Below are positions 35,559 to 46,342 of a stretch of DNA of 64,000 nt, piece by piece. How positions within the stretch are numbered: position 1 is the stretch's first letter; every line of letters starts with the position of its first letter. Source of the DNA: Felis catus (lineage: Eukaryota); NCBI RefSeq assembly GCF_018350175.1, contig NC_058368.1, positions 55,430,001 through 55,494,000 on the forward strand, read 5' to 3'. The notes under the pieces are model-generated. The model ran no database searches and was not told where the DNA came from. It saw nothing but the letters and a program-made list of their open reading frames with translations. Made by a program: the position numbers and the translations under genes.

Positions 35559-38500
35559 TCAGGGTCCACATAAGAGTGAAACCATATGGTATCTGTCTTT
35601 CTCTGTATGGCTTATTTCACTTAGCATCACACTCTCCAGTTCCATCCACGTTGCTACAAAAGGCCATATTTCATTTTTTCTCATTGCCACATAATATTCC
35701 ATTGTGTATATAAACCACAATTTCTTTATCCATTCATCAGGTGATGGACATTTAGGCTCTTTCCATAATTTGGCTATTGTTGAGAGTGCTGCTATGAACA
35801 TTGGGGTACAAGTGGCCCTATGCATCAGTACTCCTGTATCCCTTGGATAAATTCCTAGCAGTGCTATTGCTGGGTCATAGGGTAGGTCTATTTTTAATTT
35901 TCTGAGGAACCTCCACACTGCTTTCCAGAGCGGCTGCACCAATTTGCATTCCCACCAACAGTGCAACAGGGTTCCCGTTTCTCCACATCCTCTCCAGCAT
36001 CTAGAGTCTCCTGATTTGTTCATTTTGGCCACTCTGACTGACGTGAGGTGATACCTGAGTGTGGTTTTGATTTGTATTTCCCTGATAAGGAGCGACGCTG
36101 AACATCTTTTCATGTGCCTGTTGGCCATCCGGATGTCTTCTTTAGAGAAGTGTCTATTCATGTTTTCTGCCCATTTCTTCACTGGGTTATTTGTTTTTCG
36201 GGTGTGGAGTTTGGTGAGCTCTTTATAGATTTTGGATACTAGCCCTTTGTCCGATATGTCATTTGCGAATATCTTTTCCCATTCCGTTGGTTGCCTTTTA
36301 GTTTTGTTGGTTGTTTCCTTTGCTGTGCAGAAGCTTTTTATCTTCATAAGGTCCCAGTAATTCACTTTTGCTTTTAATTCCCTTGGCTTTGGGGATGTGT
36401 CGAGTAAGAGATTGCTACGGCTGAGGTCAGAGAGGTTTTTCCTGCTTTCTCCTCTAAGGTTTTGATGGTTTCCTGTCTCACATTTAGGTCCTTTATCCAT
36501 TTGGAGTTTATTTTTGTGAATGGTGTGAGAAAGTGGTCTAGTTTCAACCTTCTGCATGTTGCTGTCCAGTTCTCCCAGCACCATTTGTTAAAGAGGCTGT
36601 CTTTTTTCCATTGGATGTTCTTTCCTGCTTTGTCAAAGATGAGTTGGCCATACGTTTGTGGGTCTAGTTCTGGGGTTTCTATTCAATTCCATTGGTCTAT
36701 GTGTCTGTTTTTGTGCCAATACCATGCTGTCTTGATGATGACAGCTTTGTAGTAGAGGCTAAAGTCTGGGATTGTGATGCCTCCTGCTTTGGTCTTCTTC
36801 TTCAAAATTCCTTTGGCTATTCGGGGCCTTTTGTGGTTCCATATGAATTTTAGGATTGCTTGTTCTAGTTTCGAGAAGAATGCTGGTGCAATTTTGATTG
36901 GGATTGCATTGAATGTGTAGATAGCTTTGGGTAGTATTGACATTTTGACAATATTTATTTTTCCAATCCATGAGCAGGGAATGTCTTTCCATTTCTTTAA
37001 ATCTTCTTCAATTTCCTTCATAAGCTTTCTATAGTTTTCAGCATACAGATCCTTTACATCTTTGGTTAGATTTATTCCTAGGTATTTTATGCTTCTTGGT
37101 GCAATTGTGAATGGGATCAGTTTCTTTATTTGTCTTTCTGTTGCTTCATTGTTAGTGTATAAGAATGCAACTGATTTCTGTACATTGATTTTGTATCCTG
37201 CAACTTTGCTGAATTCCTGTATCAGTTCTAGTAGACTTTTGGTGGAGTCTATCGGATTTTCCATGTATAATATCATGTCATCTGCAAAAAGCGAAAGCTT
37301 GACTTCGTCTTTGCCAATTTTGATGCCTTTGATTTCCTTTTGTTGTCTGATTGCTGATGCTAGAACTTCCAGCACTATGTTAAACAGCAGCGGTGAGAGT
37401 GGGCATCCTTGTCGTGTTCCTGATCTCAGGGAAAAAGCTCTCAGTTTTTCCCCGTTGAGGATGATGTTAGCTGTGGGCTTTTCATAAATGGCTTTTATGA
37501 TCTTTAAGTATGTTCCTTCTATCCCGACTTTCTCAAGGGTTTTTATTAAGAAAGGGTGCTGGATTTTGTCAAAGGCCTTTTCTGCATCGATTGACAGGAT
37601 CATATGGTTCTTCTCTTTTTTTTTGTTAATGTGATGTATCACGTTGATTGATTTGCGAATGTTGAACCAGCCCTGCCTCCCAGGAATGAATCCCACTTGA
37701 TCATGGTGAATCATTCTTTTTATATGCCGTTGAATTCGATTTGCTAGTATCTTATTGAGAATTTTTGCATACATATTCATCAGGGATATTGACCTGTAGT
37801 TCTCTTTTTTTACTGGGTCTCTGTCTGGTTTAGGAATCAAAGTAATATTGGCTTCATAGAAGGAGTCTGGAAGTTTTCCTTCCCTTTCTATTTCTTGGAA
37901 TAGCTTGAGAAGGATAGGTATTATCTCTGCTTTAAACGTCTGGTAGAACTCCCCTGGGAAGCCATCTGGTCCTGGACTCTTATTTGTTGGGAGATTTTTG
38001 ATAACCGATTCAATTTCTTCGCTGGTTATGGGTCTGTTCAAGCTTTCTATTTCCTCCTGATTGAGTTTTGGAAGAGTGTGGGTGTTCAGGAATTGGTCCA
38101 TTTCTTCCAGGTTGTCCAATTTGTTGGCATATAATTTTTCATAGTATTCCCTGATAATTGTTTGTATCTCTAAGGGATTGGTTGTAATAATTCCATTTTC
38201 ATTCATGATTTTATCTATTTGGGTCATTTCCCTTTTCTTTTTGAGAAGCCTGGCTAGAGGTTTGTCAATTTTGTTTATTTTTTCAAAAAACCAACTCTTG
38301 GTTTCGTTGATTTGTTCTACAGTTTTTTTAGATTCTATATTGTTTATTTCTGCTCTGATCTTTATTATTTCTCTTCTTCTGCTGGGTTTAGGCTGCCTTT
38401 GCTGTTCTGCTTCTAGTTCCTTTAGGTGTGCTGTTAGATTTTGTATTTGGGATTTTTCTTGTTTCTTGAGATAGGCCTGGATTGCAATGTATTTTCCTCT

Positions 38501-39382
38501 CAGGACTGCCTTCGCTGCGTCCCAAAGCGTTTGGATTGTTGTATCTTCATTTTCGTTTGTTTCCATATATTTTTTAATTTCTTCTCTAATTGCCTGGTTG
38601 ACCCACTCATTCGTTAGTAGGGTGTTCTTTAACCTCCATGCCTTTGGAGGTTTTCCAGACTTTTTCCTGTGGTTGATTTCAAGCTTCATAGCATTGTGGT
38701 CTGAAAGTATGCATGGTATAATTTCAATTCTTGTAAACTTATGAAGGGCTGTTTTGTGACCCAGTATGTGATCTATCTTGGAGAATGTTCCATGTGCACT
38801 CGAGAAGAAAGTATATTCTGTTGCTTTGGGATGCAGCGTTCTAAATATATCTGTCAAGTCCATCTGATCCAATGTCTCATTCAGGGCCCTTGTTTCTTTA
38901 TTGACCGTGTGTCTAGATGATCTGTCCATTTCTGTAAGTGGGGTGTTAAAGTCCCCTGCAATTACCACATTCTTATCAATAAGGTTGCTTATGTTTATGA
39001 GTAATTGTTTTATATATTTGGGGGCTCCGGTATTCGGCGCATAGACATTTATAATTGTTAGCTCTTCCTGATGGATAGACCCTGTAATTATTATATAATG
39101 TCCTTCTGCATCTCTTGTTACAGCCTTTAATTTAAAGTCTAGTTTGTCTGATATAAGTATGGCTACTCCAGCTTTCTTTTGGCTTCCAGTCGTATGATAA
39201 ATAGTTCTCCATCCCCTCACTCTCAATCTAAAGGTGTCCTCAGGTCTAAAATGAGTCTCTTGTAGACAGCAAATAGATGGGTCTTGTTTTTTTATCCATT
39301 CTGATACCCTATGTCTTTTGGTTGGTGCATTTAATCCATTTACATTCAGTGTTATTATAGAAAGATACGGGTTGAGAGTCAT
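35559..39382 (-). pseudogene. L1 ORF2p (APE endonuclease, RT, CCHC) with one nonsense codon and one 1-nt deletion
   Basis: ATG at 39382 opens 899 aa (GDFN, SDH, PGPDGF, QGCPLSP, FADD) to TGA at 36683-36685. Frameshift in the T5 run at 36436-36440. C-terminal CWRGC...HCWWEC motif intact. Confidence 0.95.
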
Positions 39383-39432
39383 TGTGATGTCTGTATGTTT
39401 TCTGCTTGTAGTGATGTCTCTGGGACTTTGTC

Positions 39433-40326
39433 TCACAGGGTCCCCCTTAGGATCTCTTGTAGGGCTGGTTTAGTGGTGACAAATTCCTTCAGTTTTTGTT
39501 TGTTTGGGAAGACCTTTATCTCTCCTTCTATTCTAAATGACAGACTTGCTGGGTAAAGGATTCTCGGCTGCATATTTTTTCTGTCTAGCACCCTGAAAAT
39601 CTCGTGCCAATTCTTTCTGGCCTGCCAAGTTTCAAAAGAGAGATCAGTCACGAGGCTTATAGGTCTCCCTTTATATGTGAGGGCACGTTTACCCCTTGCT
39701 GCTTTCAGAATTTTCTCTTTATCCTTGTATTTTGCCAGTTTCACTATGATATGTCGTGCAGAAGATCGATTCAAGTTACACCTGAAGGGAGTTCTCTGTG
39801 CCTCTTGGATTTCAATGCCTTTTTCCTTCCCCAGTTCAGGGAAGTTCTCAGCTATTATTTCTTCAAGTACCCCTTCAGCACCTTTCCCTCTCTCTTCCTC
39901 CTCTGGGATACCAATTATGCGTATATTATTTCTTTTTAGTGTATCACTTAGTTCTCTAATTTTCCCCTCATACTCCTGGATTTTTTTATCTCTCTTTTTC
40001 TCAGCTTCCTCTTTTTCCATAACTTTATCTTCTAGTTCACCTATTCTCTCCTCTGCCTCTTCAAGCCGAGCTGTGGTGGTTTCCATTTTGTTATGCATTT
40101 CGTTTAAAGCGTTTTTCAGCTCCTCATGACTGTTCCTTAGTCCCTTGATCTCTGTAGCAAGAGATTCTCTGCTGTCCTGTATACTGTTTTCAAGCCCAGC
40201 GATTAATTTTATGACTATTATTCTAAATTCCCTTTCTGTTATATTATTTAAATCCTTTTTGATCAGCTCATCAGCTGTTGTTATTTCCTGGAGATTCTTC
40301 TGAGGGGAATTCTTCCGCTTGGTCAT
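39433..40326 (-). CDS. L1 ORF1p RNA-binding protein, intact 297 aa
   Basis: [10 protein letters not shown]...coiled coil...[11 protein letters not shown]...ARKNW...YPASL...[12 protein letters not shown], uninterrupted. Confidence 0.93.
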   Translation of the reverse strand: MTKRKNSPQKNLQEITTADELIKKDLNNITEREFRIIVIKLIAGLENSIQDSRESLATEIKGLRNSHEELKNALNEMHNKMETTTARLEEAEERIGELEDKVMEKEEAEKKRDKKIQEYEGKIRELSDTLKRNNIRIIGIPEEEERGKGAEGVLEEIIAENFPELGKEKGIEIQEAQRTPFRCNLNRSSARHIIVKLAKYKDKEKILKAARGKRALTYKGRPISLVTDLSFETWQARKNWHEIFRVLDRKNMQPRILYPASLSFRIEGEIKVFPNKQKLKEFVTTKPALQEILRGTL

Positions 40327-41256
40327 TTTGGATAGTCCCTGGCGTGGTGAGGACCTGCAGGGCACTTCCCCTGTGCTGTGGTGTATAACTGGAGTTGGTG
40401 GGCGGGGCCGCAGTCAGACCTGATGTCTGCCCCCAGCCCACCGCTGGGGCCACAGTCAGACTGGTGTGTGCCTTCTCTTCCCCTCTCCTAGGGGCGGGAT
40501 TCACTGTGGGGTGGTGTGGCCCGTCTGGGCTACTTGCACACTGCCAGGCTTGTGATGCTGGGGATCTGGCGTATTAGCTGGGGTGGGTAGGCAAGGTGCA
40601 CGGGGGTAGGAGGGGCAGGCTTAGATCGCTTCTCCTTAGGTGATCCTCTTCAGGAGGGGCCCTGTGGCAGCGGGAGGGAGTCAGATCCGCTGCCAGAGGT
40701 TTGGCTCCGCAGAAGCACAGAGTTGGGTGTTTGCGCGGAGCGAGCAAGTTCCCTGGCAGGAACTGGTTCTCTTTGGGATTTTGGCTGGGGGATGGGCAGG
40801 GGAGATGGCGCTGGCGAGCGCCTTTGTTCCCCACCAAGCTGAGCTCTGTCGTCAGGGGGCTCAGCAGCTCTCCCTCCCTTTGTCCTCCAGCCTTCCCGCT
40901 TTCCGAGCAGAGCTGTTAACTTATGACCTCCCAGACGCTAAGTCGCGCTTGTTGTGGGAACACAGTCCGTCAGGCCCCTCCGCTTTTGCCAGCCAGACTC
41001 GGGGGCTCTGCTTGGCTGGCGAGCCGCCCCTCCGCCCCGGCTCCCTCCCACCAGTCCGTGGAGCGCGCACCGCCTCGCAGCCCTTCCTACCCTCTTCCGT
41101 GGGCCTCTCGTCTGCGTTTGGCTCCGGCGACTCCGTTCTGCTAATCCTCTGGCGGTTCTCTGGGTTATTTAGGCAGGTGTAGGTGGAATCTAAGTGATCA
41201 GCAGGACGCGCGGTGAGCCCAGCGTCCTCCTAAGCCGCCATCTTGCCGCTTCTCCC
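40327..41256 (-). promoter_or_regulatory. L1 5'UTR internal promoter, CpG-rich, YY1 motif CAAGATGGCGG near the 5' end
   Basis: Many intact CpGs at 40650-41250; ccgccatcttg at 41235-41245. Confidence 0.8.
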
Positions 41257-42647
41257 GATTTCTCTAAGGTTTAAATGTAGACTATTACGTCAACTGCTGA
41301 TAATGAAAATTTTCATCTTTTCTAGTGTGAATTGGTGAAACTTCCAGGAAATAATCAAATCATACTAGTAATAGTGGGCATCAGCTTCTTAACCTTGCCC
41401 ATAACTAGACTAAGTGTGGTTTTCTCTCCATTGGTATGTTGTATCTTACATTATTAAATTAATGTCAACAATATATTCTGATTGCACCTCATCTTTAAAT
41501 TCATTTGTTTAAAGGTAACATCTTGTCCAAGAAATATTTGAATAAGAATTCAGATTTATCTGTAAGTGCAGGTAATAACTATGTGTTCATTATATGAAGA
41601 AAAACTATTATTTTTCTTCTTTTAATATTCATAATGATAAGTCAACATGTTATTCAGAATGTATTAAGTACTTCTGACACAAGGTTCTTTTCCTACTGTA
41701 TACGCTGCACAAAATTCTAACAACTAAATAGATGTAGAGTGATAAATTTGCACCGTCTTGTGTCCATGTAAGACTCATACTTAAATATCAAGAGCTAATT
41801 TGGTCTTACAGTTTCAACTTTACAAACGTAGTATTTACCTGATTTGGGATTATTAACATTCATAATTCAGATTACTAATATTTCCTGTTTTAGAAAACAT
41901 ATAGGCATATTGAAGAAAGTGGTATATGCAGAACATCTGTGTTACTATGAACAATGTGTGACTATCATTTGTGATCTGCTGTACACATTAATCATTTGTA
42001 AATCTAGTCTGATAGTTTTGGAATTGGGTTTCATCGTATTACATGGCTTGCAATAAATTGTACACATATTGATTCTTTAAGTATATTTAATCACATTCAA
42101 GTAGTCAACATTTCTTTTGTTACCAATCTCTCCAGTAATTATTTACCCGTACTGACTTCATTTTAGATACCTGGAAATGAACATACATATTGTGTTTGAA
42201 TTATTTCATGGGTGGTAGAAATCAATAAACTTAATTCCTTAATTACTCTTCTATTTCAAATCATTTCACATTAAGAATCATAATTATATGTCTCTGCTTT
42301 TGATATTAAAACAAACAGAATTCTGTACAGTAATGTGAGACAAGAGTGACTTATACTCAATATATGATCCAGTCCATTTTGATTTGCTACACCAGCTATG
42401 AAACGGCGAGGCAATAAATATGTCAAGGGAAAATTGTGAGGAAATTAGTTTAAACTGAATAAAAAAAGACCGCTCTCTTTCAAAACAAAAATCTGTGGTC
42501 ATTAACAGTACTAAATCTCTTATAAGCATGTTAAGTAACATTTTACAGTACAATACCCATGAATCATTGCTGAAAATATTGATGCACTAATTTCTCTGAC
42601 TTCTTCATGTAGAATATTTTTGAAATATTTTTAAAAATAAAATTTCA

Positions 42648-42880
42648 GGGGCGCCTGGGTGGCTCAGTCGGGTAAGTGTCCGACTTTGGCTCAGGTTATG
42701 ATCTCACAGTTTGTGGGTTCAAGCCCTGCATTGGACTCTGTGCTGACAGCTCAGAGCCTGGAGCCTGCTTCAGATTCTGTGTCTCCCCCTCTCTCTATGC
42801 CTCTCTCCTGCTTGTGTTCTCTCTGTCTCTCAAAAAAACAAATAAACATTAAAAAACATTTTTAAGAAATAAATAAAAAA
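42648..42880 (+). mobile_element. Can-SINE (first of a tandem cluster)
   Basis: ggggcgcctgggtggctcag... with A tail. Confidence 0.95.
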
Positions 42881-42890
42881 TATAATTTCA

Positions 42891-43110
42891 GGAGCGCCTG
42901 AGTGGCTCAGTCAGTTGAGCCTCTGACTTCAATTCAGGTAATGATCTTGTGCCTTGTGAGTTTGAGCCCCGCCATCAGGCTGTGTGCTGACAGCTCAGAG
43001 CCTGGAGCCTGTTTCGGATTCCGCGTCTCCGATTCTCTACTCCTCCCCTGCAGCACACTCTGTCCCTCTCTGTCTCAAAACAAATAAACTTAAAAAAATT
43101 AAAAATAAAT
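42891..43110 (+). mobile_element. Can-SINE (second of cluster)
   Basis: ggagcgcctgagtggctcag... with A tail. Confidence 0.95.
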
Positions 43111-43162
43111 AAAGTAAAATTTTAATTGGCTGCATCTTTTCCACTTAAAACATTATTCATCT

Positions 43163-43289
43163 GGAGCACCTGAGTGGCTCAGTCGGTTAAGCACGCAATT
43201 CTTCGTTTCAGCTGGGGTCATGATCTCAGGGTTTCCTGAGTTAGAGCCCCACACTGGACTCTGTGCTGACAGTGCAGAGCCTGTTTGGG

Positions 43290-43327
<38 letters not shown>

Positions 43328-43397
43328 CCTCCCCCACTCACACTGTCTCTGTCTCTCTCAAAATAAATAAAATTAAAAAAAAATTTAAAATAAAGAC
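43163..43397 (+). mobile_element. Can-SINE (third of cluster)
   Basis: TSD aaacattatt(c/t)atct at 43148-43162 and 43398-43412. Confidence 0.95.
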
Positions 43398-45819
43398 AAA
43401 CATTATTTATCTTTACAAAGTTTATATCATAGTCATATATACTATTTTCAATTTCCCCAGGAGTTAATTTAAAAACATTGACGAAAAAGATATAGAGATC
43501 TTAAATTTATTTTATAAATATGCATAAATATTGTGTACAACATGCTTAGATTCTTAGGGACAATTCTCAACAAATGCAGGACAAGAGTCAAAATTATCAA
43601 GTGGACACTGGAATGCTTTCACATAGCTCCTGAGAGGTTCATTTGGAAGCTTGCATCCTGATCACAGAGCAGTAGCTTACTCTTGAATTCCCAGATTTTA
43701 ATGACTTTTTTTTCCCCTGTCTAGTCCCCCACTTCTGATATATGTGATTGCTTTTGTAAATAGATTATCTGAACCAAAGCCTTATTTTGGAAGGAGCCTT
43801 AACTAAGACACATAGAGAAAAAACAAAATAAAACAAAAAAATGTTAATGAGTGTTGCTATAGTCAAGGATATATAAAAAGGTACTGCTAACAAATTATAT
43901 GCCTGACTTTTCTTCTCAGAAACTGCTATAATATTAACCAGGATTAGAACGGGTTTAGGATTGGTAGTATTTAGCATGAAACAGACATGTTTATTTAGAT
44001 AAATATAAACAATATAAGGCTTTTTGCATTCATAGGTGAAAGAAATAAAAAAAGATAAAGGAAGGAACGAAGGGAAGAAAGGAAGGAGAAAGAGAAGACA
44101 ACGAATGTGTGTGTGTGTAGAGAGAGAGACAAAAGACAGAGACAGGAAGAGACAGAGATGTGACAAATAGAATTCAATTTAGATTATTAGTATCTGATAA
44201 AATATCATCAAAAGTATGTCAATATATTGTCAAAAGAGGATAAATCTAATAAACATTTATAGTCATATCATGAATAGCTAGAATTCTTTCAAAAGCAGTT
44301 TATTCATATATCACAGTCATTATAAAAAGTAGTGATATTTTTCAATTAATTTAAAGAGGTAATATGAATCGTGTGGAACATTTATTTCCTCCATAGTGAT
44401 TTTCAGCAAAATTATATGTATTACTGAACAATTGCATGCTACCCCAAAAAGTATATTTTTATGTATATTGTTATATATCTGGTTTGTGGAATATGACAAA
44501 TCTATCACACTTATAAATAATTTTCAATTGACATGACAACATGAAAAATTTATTTATAAAATTTAAATATGAACACAGAATAACTGAAAATATAAAGACA
44601 TTTTTATTCGTGTCAGGGTAGCAGGTTCTTTCAGGTGACTTATGTTTCAATATTTTTCAAATTTTTAGAGTGTTTTATATTAATTTATATTACACCATTT
44701 CCAGTGAAATATAATTAGGTAGAGTTGCTGGTGTTTAAGGCTAACAAATACCAACCATCCTTTGTCAGATCTGTACTTCATCCTGATGTTTAGTTTGCAT
44801 CTATTTCAAAATTCCAATTGGTTCACAATTACTGCTAAATTTGCATAGTTTTTCTCAGATTTCAGTACTAGTACCCATACAATGATTATCCACTTACATG
44901 TCTTAGAAAAGGGGATTGATTTTAGAACATAATAGAACATGAGTATAGATCACTAATCTCTCTTCCAATATTTTTTTCCCAGCTAATCATGTGTTTATTA
45001 TTCCAGATAATCCAAGTTATGCTGTGGAAAACTCATCCCCAAACCCTCAGTGGAATAAGTGTTCATTTCTCTCTCCAGTTGTGTGTCCAGTGCATGAACT
45101 ATGGGCCATGCTTCAGAGGGTCCTTTATACTATGAAGTCAGCCAGAGGCTCAAACAGATGGATTCATCATGATACCAGCATCTCAATAGGTGACTTCAGA
45201 ATACACTGTGTCAGGGGGACAGTAAACTTTAGAATAGCATAAACCGCTTTGTGTCATATTTCATTGGCACTCAAATGCCAAAGGACTTAGATTATTTGGT
45301 GAAGATTACTTGTTTATTCATATGTTTGTACTTTTTTCTTCTTTTTAACATATCATACACAGTCAACCATCCCCAGAACAATTCCAGAATGTTGATGTGT
45401 GCTGTTTAGTAAGTTCAATGGGAGGTTTGGCTGTGGCTCTTCAAACTACAAACTAAAGGATAAATTACTTTTCATCTGCTGACTCCCAATATTCAATGGT
45501 GAAGTGTGGTCTAAATATCTGTACTAAATACTCTTAATCAGAAAGGGAGGAATAGAAGACCCTCAGTAGAAAAGGACTGTAGCATTTCTGAAATTCTGCT
45601 GAATAGGCAGTGTGAGCAGGCCCTACAATAGTGTTTGTGAGTATTTATTAATTAGACCCTGATTCCTCTCTATAGGATTTGTTTCATGTGGCACTACTTC
45701 CTATGGTCCTGTCCATGCCCTCAGGGATATGCTTCTTTATCCTTATTCTTCTTGGCTTCCCTTGGCCTTCCTTTGAGGGAATGTGCCTATCATGGATTTA
45801 TTAACCTTTTCATTTTATA

Positions 45820-46047
45820 TTTTTTAAAGTTTTTAAATATTTATTTATTTTTTAGAGAGAGAGAGACAGACAGACAGAGAAGCAAGGGAGGGGCAGAGAG
45901 AAAGAGAGGGAGATGCAGAATCTGAAGCAGTCTCCAAACTCTGAGCTGTCAGCACAGAGCCCGACGTGGGGCTTGAACTCACAAACCTCAAGATCATGAC
46001 CTGAGCTGAAGTGAAACGCTCAACCGACTGAGCCACCCAGGCGCCCC
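45820..46047 (-). mobile_element. Can-SINE
   Basis: Complete SINE head and tail. Confidence 0.93.
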
Positions 46048-46290
46048 TATTCAACTTTTTAAACTCATGTCCAATTAGAGGAATTTAGAGGAAGGGGTAA
46101 GTGTCAAATAACAAGATTTTTAAAATTTCACTATTGTTATTCTGGGTTTGCACTTGCTTTAGCATAAGGCAGTAAAATTGTTATTTAAGTGATGCTAGCA
46201 AATATTTATACCTTCAAGTCTTATTAAGATATAATTTTCATATCTGATATATATATAATATCGATATATATGAAAATATAATTATATGTG

Positions 46291-46297
46291 TATCTAC

Positions 46298-46341
<44 letters not shown>
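46291..46341. repeat. (AC)n microsatellite
   Basis: About 25 AC units. Confidence 0.95.

Positions 46342-46342
<1 letters not shown>

Larger units (their letters stand above)
35290..41256 (-). mobile_element. Young full-length feline LINE-1
   Basis: 5' end gggagaagcggcaagatggcggc, CpG-rich ~930-nt 5'UTR, ORF1, ORF2, 3'UTR, AATAAA at 35344-35349 and poly(A). Perfect 17-bp TSD gatttctctaaggttta at 34923-34939 and 41257-41273. Confidence 0.98.
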
